IMG/VR virus record: IMGVR_UViG_3300042367_000058
Location: 2,203-66,202 of that record
DNA: 64,000 nt
Reading direction: 5' to 3' (one strand)
Source of the DNA: a virus
Taxonomy: Duplodnaviria > Caudoviricetes
Shown: piece by piece, positions 55,873-64,000 of the stretch
How the letters are laid out: every line of letters starts with the position of its first letter
Position numbering within the stretch: position 1 is the first letter of the stretch
The notes under the pieces: model-generated
The model's input: only the letters and a program-made list of their open reading frames with translations
The model's database searches: none
What the model was told of the DNA's origin: nothing
Made by a program: the position numbers and the translations under genes

Positions 55873-56868
55873 ATGGCAACACAAAAGTTTGGACAGGAAG
55901 AAGCTTATGAGTTTCCCGATGAAAAGGAAGCCAAGGCTGCTGCTAAAGACAAGTTTGAAGTAGAGATCGAGGACGACACCCCACCCGAAGATCGTGGCCG
56001 CAAGCCCATGAAAGAGCCGGTGGAAGACCCGACCGACGACGAACTATCCTCGTATGACGAGAAGGTGCAGGCCCGGATCAAGAAGTTCACCCGTGGCTAC
56101 CACGATGAACGCCGAGCCAAAGAGGAAGCCCTGCGCGAGCGGGAGGCCGCTGAAGCCTACGCCAAGCAGGTTTACGAGGAAAACAAACGCCTTCAACAGC
56201 AGCTTTCACACGGGAGCAAGGTCTTTATTGAGCAGTCACAGACTACTGCGGAAGTTGAATTGGTTAACGCCAAGAAAGCTTACAAGGAAGCCTATGAAGC
56301 TGGGGATGTAGATGCTCTGGCAGAAGCCCAAGCAACTATTGCCAAGGCTACGCTCAAACTGGATAAAGCTTCCGGCATGAGGCCCATTGAAGTGGACGAT
56401 AGGGAATTTGAAGCTCCTACTAAGCAACAGGCCCCCCGAGTAACCCCCCGTACCCAGAAGTGGGTAGATTCCAACAGCGATTGGTGGGGTAAAGACGAAG
56501 AAATGACAATGGCCGCTATGGGCATTGACAAGCGTTTACAAAGGGAGTATGGTGCGGAATATGTAGGTACTGAAGAGTACTTCAAAACCATCGACAAAAC
56601 GATGCGCAAAAGATTTCCTGAGCACTTTGAAAGTGACCAGAGCTATGAGGAAGACGACTCCTCCACAAGAAAGTCAGAACCGGTTGACGAGGATGATGAA
56701 ACCCCGCGCCGTGCAACAAGAATTACTTCGCCTGTAGCTCCGGCTACACGGAGTACTCCGCCTAACCGTATCAAATTAAAGGCATCAGAAGCTGCGATTG
56801 CTCGCAGACTTGGGGTGCCCTTGGAAGAATACGCAAAACAGGTTGCTCAACTTAGAAGAGGTCAATAA
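55873..56868 (+). CDS. Capsid scaffolding protein
   Basis: Acidic coiled coil, C-terminal IARRLGVPLEEYAK. Confidence 0.7.
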   Translation: MATQKFGQEEAYEFPDEKEAKAAAKDKFEVEIEDDTPPEDRGRKPMKEPVEDPTDDELSSYDEKVQARIKKFTRGYHDERRAKEEALREREAAEAYAKQVYEENKRLQQQLSHGSKVFIEQSQTTAEVELVNAKKAYKEAYEAGDVDALAEAQATIAKATLKLDKASGMRPIEVDDREFEAPTKQQAPRVTPRTQKWVDSNSDWWGKDEEMTMAAMGIDKRLQREYGAEYVGTEEYFKTIDKTMRKRFPEHFESDQSYEEDDSSTRKSEPVDEDDETPRRATRITSPVAPATRSTPPNRIKLKASEAAIARRLGVPLEEYAKQVAQLRRGQ

Positions 56869-57341
56869 TGGAAAAAGTTCAAGTTGCCGATAAGGCACAA
56901 AATCGTTCGTCGCGTGAAGTAGATTCTCGTACAGTGATGCAGCGCCCAACAGCGTGGCGTCCTCCAGAGACCTTACCCGCCCCGGATCACCGTCCGGGCT
57001 GGACACACCGATGGGTGCGCTTGAGTACATTAGGAACTGCTGATCCCAGCAATATTTCTTCAAAGTTGCGCGAAGGATATGAACCCTGCAAAGCAGAGGA
57101 GTATCCCGAGCTAATGATGCACGCAACTACTGAAGGTCGCTTTAAAGGCAACGTTGAAGTAGGTGGCTTGTTGCTCTGCCGCATCCCATCAGAGTTCTTG
57201 CAACAGCGGGCAGCGTACTACGCTGACCAAAACAAGGCTCAAATGGAATCCGTGGACAACAATTTCCTTCGTGATAGTGATCCAAGGATGCCTCTTTTCT
57301 CAGAAAAGAAAACCAAGGTCACTTTCGGTTCTGGTTCTTAA
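56868..57341 (+). CDS. Conserved head-module protein
   Basis: HRWVR, REGYEP, VGGLLLCRIP. Confidence 0.75.
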   Translation: MEKVQVADKAQNRSSREVDSRTVMQRPTAWRPPETLPAPDHRPGWTHRWVRLSTLGTADPSNISSKLREGYEPCKAEEYPELMMHATTEGRFKGNVEVGGLLLCRIPSEFLQQRAAYYADQNKAQMESVDNNFLRDSDPRMPLFSEKKTKVTFGSGS

Positions 57342-57359
57342 ATTTTAGGAGTCTTTCAA

Positions 57360-58016
57360 ATGGCTTTTCCAACGGTAAACGCCCCTTACGGGCTGAAGCC
57401 GATCAATCTGTACGGCGGTACACCTTTTGCAGGTGCCACTCGTCAGTACCGTATTGCTTCGGCGTACAACACTAGCATCTTCTATGGTGACCCCATTGAG
57501 ATGATTAACGATGGCACGATTATCAAATCTGCCATTACAACCGCCCGTGCAACTGTGACAACCTCACAGATCATTGGTGTTTTCTTGGGATGTTCTTACG
57601 TTAACTCGCAAGGTCAGACCATTTTTGCCCAGTATTTCCCAGCTAATACAGCAGCGCCCACCGGTACGTATATTACTGCTTATGTAAGTAATGACCCCGA
57701 CACGCTGTTTAAAGCTGTGATTGCCACTGGCGCTACACCTAACGATGCCACTTCCGGCTTGTTGCCTTCCTCTACTACTGAATTTACCGTTATTGGTACT
57801 AACGTAGCATTGGTGCAGAACTCAGGTTTAACTACAACTGGCAATAGCCGTGTTGCAGTTGCTTCTTCTGCTACTACAGGTACATTGCCTATGAACGTTG
57901 TCGATGTTGTCTATGAGACTTCATACGTTAACGGTTCTGGTAACGTTGTGTACCCCGAGATCATCGTTCGTTGGAACTTTGAGATTCATACAACCACTAT
58001 CGCTTCTGGCGTTTAA
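57360..58016 (+). CDS. Capsid-associated (decoration/minor capsid) protein
   Basis: PYGLKP, IFYGD, GVFLGC; directly upstream of MCP. Confidence 0.65.
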   Translation: MAFPTVNAPYGLKPINLYGGTPFAGATRQYRIASAYNTSIFYGDPIEMINDGTIIKSAITTARATVTTSQIIGVFLGCSYVNSQGQTIFAQYFPANTAAPTGTYITAYVSNDPDTLFKAVIATGATPNDATSGLLPSSTTEFTVIGTNVALVQNSGLTTTGNSRVAVASSATTGTLPMNVVDVVYETSYVNGSGNVVYPEIIVRWNFEIHTTTIASGV

Positions 58017-58031
58017 TCAAGGAGCTAAATC

Positions 58032-58943
58032 ATGGCTATTTCACGCGCACAACTGCTGAAAGAGTTGCTCCCCGGTCTGAACGCTTTGTTCGGTATGGAG
58101 TACGCTCGTTACGGCGAAGAACACAAAGAGATCTACGAAACAGAGACCTCTGAGCGTTCGTTTGAAGAAGAAACCAAGCTGTCCGGCTTCTCTGCCGCAC
58201 CTGTCAAGAACGAAGGCTCTGCCATCGCTTACGACAATGCACAAGAAGCATGGTCAACCCGCTATACCCACGAAACCATCGCCTTGGGCTTCTCCATCAC
58301 TGAAGAAGCAGTGGAAGATAACTTGTATGACTCGTTGTCTGCCCGCTACACCAAGTCTTTGGCTCGCGCTATGGCTTACACCAAACAGGTCAAGGCTGCT
58401 GCCGTCCTGAACAATGGCTTCAGCTCCAGCTACCCCGGTGGCGACGGCGTGTCCTTGTTCAACGCAAGCCACCCCTTGATCTCTGGTGGCACCAACAGCA
58501 ACACTCCCACCACCCAAGTTGATTTGAACGAGACTTCTTTGGAAGCAGCCGTTATTCAAATCGCCGCTTGGACTGATGAGCGTGGCCTGTTGATTGCCGC
58601 TAAGCCCAAGAAAATGATTGTGCCTCCAGCACTCATGTTCGTTGCTAAGCGTTTGCTTGACACTGAACTGCGTGTCTCCACTGCTGATAACGACATCAAC
58701 GCTATCAAACAGATGGGCGCAATCCCCGAGGGCTACACCGTCAATCACTTCTTGACTGACACCAACGGTTGGTATCTGACCACTGACGTGCCTAACGGTA
58801 TGAAGCATTTCGTCCGCACCCCGCTGCAAAACAGCATGGACGGCGACTTTGATACCGGTAACGTGCGTTACAAGGCCCGTGAGCGTTACAGCTTCGGCTG
58901 GTCTGACCCATTGGGTATGTGGGGTTCTTCAGGTTCCGCCTGA
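58032..58943 (+). CDS. Major capsid protein
   Basis: MAISRAQLLKELLPGLNALFG...GDFDTGNVRYKARERYSFGWSD. Confidence 0.9.
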   Translation: MAISRAQLLKELLPGLNALFGMEYARYGEEHKEIYETETSERSFEEETKLSGFSAAPVKNEGSAIAYDNAQEAWSTRYTHETIALGFSITEEAVEDNLYDSLSARYTKSLARAMAYTKQVKAAAVLNNGFSSSYPGGDGVSLFNASHPLISGGTNSNTPTTQVDLNETSLEAAVIQIAAWTDERGLLIAAKPKKMIVPPALMFVAKRLLDTELRVSTADNDINAIKQMGAIPEGYTVNHFLTDTNGWYLTTDVPNGMKHFVRTPLQNSMDGDFDTGNVRYKARERYSFGWSDPLGMWGSSGSA

Positions 58944-58957
58944 TAGTCCACACAGAG

Positions 58958-58982
58958 AAAGGGAGCTTCGGCTCCCTTTTTT
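58958..58982 (+). terminator. Intrinsic terminator after MCP
   Basis: aaagggagc-ttcg-gctcccttt + T tract. Confidence 0.88.
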
Positions 58983-59019
58983 ATGTTTAAACCTTGTTGA
59001 CAGCGTTTAAATGGTGTAT

Positions 59020-59109
59020 ATTGCTCTCAATCCGGGGTTATCCGGTGTTCTGACAGTCCCGGCTGACGACATGCAGACAGAACACCCTCACTTGCATGTA
59101 AGGAACAAT
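59020..59109 (+). ncRNA. Candidate structured cis-regulatory RNA (double pseudoknot)
   Basis: Pairings 59044-52/59078-86, 59032-36/59058-62, 59069-75/59093-99 next to the SD. Confidence 0.55.
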
Positions 59110-59110
59110 C

Positions 59111-59683
59111 ATGGCAAATACCACGTTCTCCGGCCCAGTCATATCACAAAATGGCTTTATCTCCGGAACAGCTTCTAGCCCCGTCGTTGAAACCGCCGCT
59201 GGCAATGTGTCTGAATCATATGTTACGACTTCTGCCGCTACTGGCGATACACGTCTGTCTTATCAGCGTTTGGCTTTTACCTCTACAGGCTCTGGTGAAA
59301 CTTACCGTGCTTTGACTCAGGTCACAGGTGCTGGCGCAGCTACTGGTGGTACTGTCAACGGCGCTCACATTAGCTTGAGCATTAACGGTTCTGGCACTAT
59401 CTCTGGCGCAGGTAACGCTCTTCGCGCTACTCTGGGCGGCACATCGACCAACCCCGGCGGTACGATTGCAGCTATTCAAGCTGACTCCAACTTTGCCTCT
59501 GGTGGTACTTGGACAAATGCTTCGTTCATCCGCTTCACAAACAGCGGCACTGGCACTGTCGCAAACTTGTTCAACATCCCCGCAGCCTTGTTTGTAACAA
59601 GCACCGCCACTATTGCTAAGACTTTGAGAGTCGTGGCATCAGACGGTACGCCTTACTTCATCATGTGTTCCAGCGCGGCTTAA
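59111..59683 (+). CDS. Virion protein (MANTTFSGPV family)
   Basis: SD AAGGA; conserved N-terminus; follows MCP. Confidence 0.75.
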   Translation: MANTTFSGPVISQNGFISGTASSPVVETAAGNVSESYVTTSAATGDTRLSYQRLAFTSTGSGETYRALTQVTGAGAATGGTVNGAHISLSINGSGTISGAGNALRATLGGTSTNPGGTIAAIQADSNFASGGTWTNASFIRFTNSGTGTVANLFNIPAALFVTSTATIAKTLRVVASDGTPYFIMCSSAA

Positions 59684-59684
59684 T

Positions 59685-59855
59685 ATGCAGATCACCAAGG
59701 AATTCTTGGAGTCTGAGATACGTGACCTAGAGACTGAAGCACAGAAAGCCCAAACTTTTTTGATTCAATCTCAGGCCACGATCCAAGCGTACAAGATGCT
59801 CATAAACAGGATAGAAGCACCAGAACTGGAGCAGCAAAATGACGATGCAAACTGA
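59685..59855 (+). CDS. 56-aa coiled-coil protein (not in ORF track)
   Basis: MQITKEFLESEIRDLE...; fills the gap between neighbours. Confidence 0.65.
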   Translation: MQITKEFLESEIRDLETEAQKAQTFLIQSQATIQAYKMLINRIEAPELEQQNDDAN

Positions 59856-60354
59856 TGTAAGACAAGGGCACCTAAACCAAAGTGGTTTTTTTGTGCTTGG
59901 ACGAAACAGGGTAAAAGGTGTTTCTTTTTATGGCGGTGGCGGGACTTTGGTATTGTTTGATACAACCGTAGCCCCAGTAACTTCAAGCGTTACTTACGGA
60001 CGTAGTGGCGCGACTGTGACGATTGCAAAAACCGCGCACGGGTTAACAACCGGCACTGTTGTCGGCATTCACTTTGTTACTGGCTCAGGCGGCACTGCCA
60101 CTGATGGGAATTACGCTATCACTGTAACAACCGCAGATGCGTTTACGATCACAGACATCAATACTGGGACTATTACAGGTTCTCCAGCAGCGCTTTATGT
60201 CAGCGGCGCAAATCGTTGGTTGTTAACCTATGAAACTCACGCATCAGACGAGTTCCAAAACGCCCCGCTTATCCCCGGCGAAGGCGTATTGGCAGTAAAT
60301 GGAATTTATGCCTACATGAGTTCTATTGACGGGGCGCAGATTTACTATGGCTAA
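59839..60354 (+). CDS. Virion structural protein
   Basis: MQTDV...IPGEGVL...GIY...YG. Confidence 0.7.
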   Translation: MTMQTDVRQGHLNQSGFFVLGRNRVKGVSFYGGGGTLVLFDTTVAPVTSSVTYGRSGATVTIAKTAHGLTTGTVVGIHFVTGSGGTATDGNYAITVTTADAFTITDINTGTITGSPAALYVSGANRWLLTYETHASDEFQNAPLIPGEGVLAVNGIYAYMSSIDGAQIYYG

Positions 60355-60601
60355 GAAGAATCCCTCCCTTGCAGTTGGACGTGGCGAAAAGCTGCCTGTC
60401 TCCAAGGGGGCGGGTTTGACTGCCAAAGGCCGCGCCAAGTACAACGCAGCAACGGGCAGTAACCTGAAGGCTCCACAGCCCCAAGGTGGCCCCCGCAAGA
60501 AGTCATTTTGCGCTCGCATGTCAGGTATGCCCGGCCCGATGAAAGATGAAAAAGGCAAGCCCACCCGTAAGGCGGCTTCCTTGGCTAGATGGAAGTGCTG
60601 A
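60347..60601 (+). CDS. Small basic conserved phage protein
   Basis: GLTAKGR, RKKSFCARM, RWKC. Confidence 0.75.
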   Translation: MAKKNPSLAVGRGEKLPVSKGAGLTAKGRAKYNAATGSNLKAPQPQGGPRKKSFCARMSGMPGPMKDEKGKPTRKAASLARWKC

Positions 60602-60602
60602 C

Positions 60603-60842
60603 ATGGACATTAACACGCTTTGGTCTGCGGGTCTGTCTCTTGTTATGGGGGCATTGTGGTTTTTCATTCGTGAAAAATTCGACGAGCTGGCACGCTTGAG
60701 CATTTTATTGAACCGAACACGCGAGGAGATTGCCCGTGATTACGCAACTAATTCAGAAGTGCAAAGAGTTACTGACCACATTGACCAACGGTTTAACCGC
60801 CTTGAAGAAAAAATTGACCGACTCCTTCAAGCGGGGAAATGA
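60603..60842 (+). CDS. Small membrane/coiled-coil protein
   Basis: TM then LNRTREEIA...RLEEKIDRL. Confidence 0.7.
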   Translation: MDINTLWSAGLSLVMGALWFFIREKFDELARLSILLNRTREEIARDYATNSEVQRVTDHIDQRFNRLEEKIDRLLQAGK

Positions 60843-61309
60843 TGCCAGCAGTAAGTGATAAGCAAAAGAAATTCATGGATGCTGTGGCGCACAACCCAGC
60901 GTTTGCGAAGAAAGTTGGAGTGCCTAAAGCCGTTGGCAAGGACTTCAGCGAAGCCAGCAAGGGTATGAAATTTGGCAAAGGCTCTAAGAGCCGCGCTGAT
61001 GCGCAAGCGGTTAACAAACCAAAGACCAATCAGGGTAAGAACGAACTTTTTAAAAAGGGTGGCGAAATGAAAGAATCCAAAGGAATGATGAAAAAAGAAG
61101 TGTCCTTCATGAAAAAGAAGGGCGCACCTGCATCAATGATTAAGCACGAAATGAAAGAAGCAGGCATGAAGAAAATGGCCAAAGGCGGCATGACTGCCAG
61201 CAAGATGGGCGCTGTTAAAACCGCAGCCCCCAGCCGCGATGGTTTAGCTGTCAAAGGCAAAACCAAAGGCAAAATGGTCAAGATGAACATGGGCGGCAAA
61301 GCCTGCTAA
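60839..61309 (+). CDS. Basic late protein with three xxxGG motifs
   Basis: MPAVS.KQ, FKKGG, MAKGG, DG.A.KGKTKG, MNMGG. Confidence 0.8.
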   Translation: MMPAVSDKQKKFMDAVAHNPAFAKKVGVPKAVGKDFSEASKGMKFGKGSKSRADAQAVNKPKTNQGKNELFKKGGEMKESKGMMKKEVSFMKKKGAPASMIKHEMKEAGMKKMAKGGMTASKMGAVKTAAPSRDGLAVKGKTKGKMVKMNMGGKAC

Positions 61310-61319
61310 AGGGGCAATC

Positions 61320-61886
61320 ATGGCAAAGAAAAATTTGGGTAGATTAGCGGGTCTTGCTGCTCTTGCGGGCGCGGCGTACATGGCGTCCAAAGGTAAGGAC
61401 AAAGATGACGCGGGCGACCAAAAGACCAGTTCTTACACCGGCGACACTAAAAAAGTAGAAGCATTGGAAGATGCTTTTACACCTACAAACGAAAGCTCCT
61501 ATACGCCCGGTGGTACCGGAACAACGCGTCCGGGTGTAGGCGATGCAACAAATGACCTCGTTGTTAAACCCGCCCCTGCCGCAGATAAACCTGCTGGGCT
61601 TACGACTCCTGTGTCTAGCGCAAATCGTACTGATCAACTTACCAATCTTTCACGCGCAGTCAAACGTGAAGCAAAGACAAAAAAGTTTGCCCAAGAAGTG
61701 CCGGAAGAACTAAGCGCCCAAAAAACTGACGCACTTAGGGTATCGTCCCGAGCCGCCGCAGCCGCCGATGCACGTCGCCGTGCAGCTAAACAAAGCTCGT
61801 ATAAGTCTGGCGGTATGACATCATCCGCTTCCAAACGAGCTGACGGCATCGCTTCTCGCGGCAAAACCAAATGCAAGATGTATTAA
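61320..61886 (+). CDS. Basic late protein
   Basis: YKSGG..SASKRADGIASRGKTK. Confidence 0.8.
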   Translation: MAKKNLGRLAGLAALAGAAYMASKGKDKDDAGDQKTSSYTGDTKKVEALEDAFTPTNESSYTPGGTGTTRPGVGDATNDLVVKPAPAADKPAGLTTPVSSANRTDQLTNLSRAVKREAKTKKFAQEVPEELSAQKTDALRVSSRAAAAADARRRAAKQSSYKSGGMTSSASKRADGIASRGKTKCKMY

Positions 61887-61894
61887 GGTGAACC

Positions 61895-62137
61895 ATGACT
61901 GAAGACGATAAAAAGGCAGAAAAGTACCGCAAAGAAGCCAAGACTGGCGGTACTGATGCGCCTGCTCCTGCGGAAGTTCTACAAGAAATTGCGGATAAGA
62001 AAGCTGCTGCCAAAGCTGCTGAAGCGCCCACCACCAAAAAGGACATGGGCAAGAAGTTTGCCGCAGGTGGTTCAGCTTCCAGCCGTGCAGATGGCTGTGC
62101 TCAGCGCGGTAAAACTCGTGGGACGATCATCAAATGA
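61895..62137 (+). CDS. Small late protein
   Basis: FAAGGSASSRADGCAQRGKTRG. Confidence 0.8.
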   Translation: MTEDDKKAEKYRKEAKTGGTDAPAPAEVLQEIADKKAAAKAAEAPTTKKDMGKKFAAGGSASSRADGCAQRGKTRGTIIK

Positions 62138-62409
62138 TGGCCTCTCGTGGCATGGGGGCTATACGCCCCTCCAAGATGCCCGGGGCCAAACGTAAGGCAC
62201 GTCGGGACGACACTGACTTCACCGAGTATGCGGACGGTGGGAAGGTCAACGCCGCCGGTAATTACACCAAGCCTAGTCTGCGTAAGCGGATTGTGTCTCA
62301 GGTTAAAGCGGCGGCGACTCACGGTACTGGAGCTGGCCAGTGGTCAGCACGTAAGGCGCAGCTTGTAGCCAAGAAGTACAAGGCAGCAGGTGGGGGTTAC
62401 AGAGATTGA
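62134..62409 (+). CDS. Small basic late protein
   Basis: SRGMG, YADGG, GQWSARKAQ, GGGY. Confidence 0.8.
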   Translation: MMASRGMGAIRPSKMPGAKRKARRDDTDFTEYADGGKVNAAGNYTKPSLRKRIVSQVKAAATHGTGAGQWSARKAQLVAKKYKAAGGGYRD

Positions 62410-62639
62410 AAGCGCCGCAGACTTCCCTTAAAAATTGGGGCGACCAGAAATGGCGTACCAAGTCGGGGAAGCCTTCGTCCAAAACGGGCGAACGGTATTT
62501 GCCAGAAGCTGCCATCAAGTCTTTGTCCCCTGCTGAGTACGCTGCTACAACCAAAGCCAAGCGCAAAGGTAAGGCGGCGGGTAAGCAGTTTGTGGCACAA
62601 CCCAAAAACATCGCAAAGAAAACGGCAGGGTTTAGATAA
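62406..62639 (+). CDS. Small basic late protein
   Basis: QKWRTKSGKPS, GERYLP, GKQFV. Confidence 0.75.
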   Translation: MKAPQTSLKNWGDQKWRTKSGKPSSKTGERYLPEAAIKSLSPAEYAATTKAKRKGKAAGKQFVAQPKNIAKKTAGFR

Positions 62640-63568
62640 TGGCAACAACCTCCGGCTCCGCATCATTTAACCTCGACCTGACTGAACTCGTCGAGGAGGC
62701 GTTTGAACGCGCTGGGGGCGAGCTGCGCACGGGCTATGACCTGCGTACTGCACGCCGTAGTCTCAACATCATGTTCGCTGAGTGGGCCAACCGTGGCATC
62801 AACATGTGGACGATTGAGACAGGGGTCATTGACTTGGTTCCGGGCCAAAGCACCTATGCCCTGCCCAACGACACCGTGGACTTGATTGAACACGTCATCC
62901 GCACGCAAGCCAACAACACCTCCAATCAGGCTGACTTGACCATCACCCGTATTAGTGTTTCTACCTACGCTACTCTCCCTAACAAACTTCAGCAGGCCCG
63001 CCCAATTCAGGTATGGATACAGCGGCTGGATGGCCAGACTGCGGCCCCGATTACCACGTTGAATGGCGGCATTTCAGCCACTGCGACCACAATCACGGTG
63101 ACTTCTACCGCTGGTATGCCTGCTTTAGGCTTTGTGCAGATAGGCTCAGAAACCATCAATTATGGTTATATCGACGGTAATACGCTCAATAATTGTTTCC
63201 GTGGGCAGAATGGCACCACAGCAGCAACCCACCTGACTGGGGCAAATGTCTCCGTTCAAAACCTGCCAGCCGTGACCGTTTGGCCAACCCCTGACAATGC
63301 GCAGCCGTACCAATTTGTGTACTGGCGACTGCGCCGCACCCAAGACGCTGGTGGCGGTGTGAACGTGATGGATGTTCCGTTCAGGTTCATTCCCTGCATG
63401 GCCGCTGGCCTGTCGTACTACATCGCTGGCAAGATTCCCCAAGGCGCTGAGCGCCTCCAGTTTTTGAAGGCCCAGTATGACGAGGCTTGGGAACTAGCAG
63501 CGTATGAAGATCACGAGAAAGCTGCGATCCGGTTCGTGCCCAGACAGCAATATATTGGAGGTACATAA
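62639..63568 (+). CDS. Head-tail adaptor / tail tubular-type protein
   Basis: EEAFERAG, ARRSLN, WANRG, WPTPD, Y.E.W..A..ED. Confidence 0.75.
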   Translation: MATTSGSASFNLDLTELVEEAFERAGGELRTGYDLRTARRSLNIMFAEWANRGINMWTIETGVIDLVPGQSTYALPNDTVDLIEHVIRTQANNTSNQADLTITRISVSTYATLPNKLQQARPIQVWIQRLDGQTAAPITTLNGGISATATTITVTSTAGMPALGFVQIGSETINYGYIDGNTLNNCFRGQNGTTAATHLTGANVSVQNLPAVTVWPTPDNAQPYQFVYWRLRRTQDAGGGVNVMDVPFRFIPCMAAGLSYYIAGKIPQGAERLQFLKAQYDEAWELAAYEDHEKAAIRFVPRQQYIGGT

Positions 63569-63996
63569 TGGGTAATCGGTTCGCCAGCGGCAAATGGGCA
63601 ATCGCCCAGTGCGACCGTTGCGACCAGCGGTTCAAGCTCAAGGTTTTGCGCAAGGAAATCATCAAGACCAAGAACTACGACTTGCTTGTATGCCCAGAGT
63701 GTTGGGACCCTGACCAGCCTCAGTTGCAGTTGGGTATGTTCCCGGTGGACGACCCTCAAGGCTTGCGTAACCCTCGCCCAGATCGAAGCTATCTTCTATC
63801 GGGCAACAGCGGGTTGCAGATTAACGTGAACGGTGGGACTGGGCCAACAGGTTCAGGAACCAACGAGGGCGGCAGTCGGATCTTCCAGTGGGGATGGAAT
63901 CCTGTTGGTGGGTCTTCGTTTTTTGATGCTGCCCTAACGCCAAACAACTTGGTATTAGCGGTAGAACTTGGTACAGTAACGGTTACAACGACATAA
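63568..63996 (+). CDS. Conserved Zn-ribbon phage protein
   Basis: CDRC/CPEC motifs. Confidence 0.8.
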   Translation: MGNRFASGKWAIAQCDRCDQRFKLKVLRKEIIKTKNYDLLVCPECWDPDQPQLQLGMFPVDDPQGLRNPRPDRSYLLSGNSGLQINVNGGTGPTGSGTNEGGSRIFQWGWNPVGGSSFFDAALTPNNLVLAVELGTVTVTTT

Positions 63997-64000
63997 GGAG

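Larger units (their letters stand above)
1102..64000. mobile_element. Near-complete tailed phage genome (unit length ~62.9 kb, circularly permuted)
   Basis: Full set of packaging, head, tail, lysis and replication genes; 975-1101 identical to 63874-64000 (offset 62,899); no host housekeeping genes seen. Confidence 0.93.

Noticed and set aside
59020-59109. Canonical hammerhead ribozyme (CTGACGA core between two helices)
   Set aside because: The GAAA strand and a correctly placed NUH triplet are missing; kept only as an unknown structured RNA.
1-64000. Integrated prophage with host flanks, or an alternative genetic code
   Set aside because: No host genes, att sites or integrase seen; standard-code ORFs tile the genome densely.

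Overview
The window is essentially one complete tailed dsDNA phage genome of about 62.9 kb, circularly permuted. It has a P22/podovirus-like virion module and looks like an environmental proteobacterial phage. The + strand late arm (50.5 kb to the end, wrapping to 28.2 kb) carries terminase, portal, GroES, scaffold, major capsid, a cluster of small basic proteins, tail adaptors, two S74-chaperoned tail fibres, a lysis cassette (holin, Rz with embedded Rz1, M15 endolysin), a nozzle and ejection proteins. The - strand early arm (50.0 to 28.3 kb) carries many small genes, a MoxR-like AAA/VWA-metallopeptidase/DUF3150-like triad, PolA, an exonuclease, an SNF2 helicase and a DUF927-type primase-helicase. 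Bases 1-1101 repeat the window end, as a diverged allele followed by exactly 127 identical bp. The most unusual signals are five. (1) About 15 copies of a palindrome CTAACA-N1-3-TGTTAG sit at early-gene junctions, fuse a stop codon with the next start codon, and have variants inside two consensus sigma70 promoters and the putative origin. (2) An [FYM]-x-x-G-G signature is shared by many late proteins. (3) A compact double-pseudoknot RNA candidate follows the capsid gene. (4) A tail cassette is bracketed by a duplicated ATT-initiated gene start. (5) There is an orphan BrnA-like antitoxin. All family assignments come from motif recognition by eye; no database searches were run.
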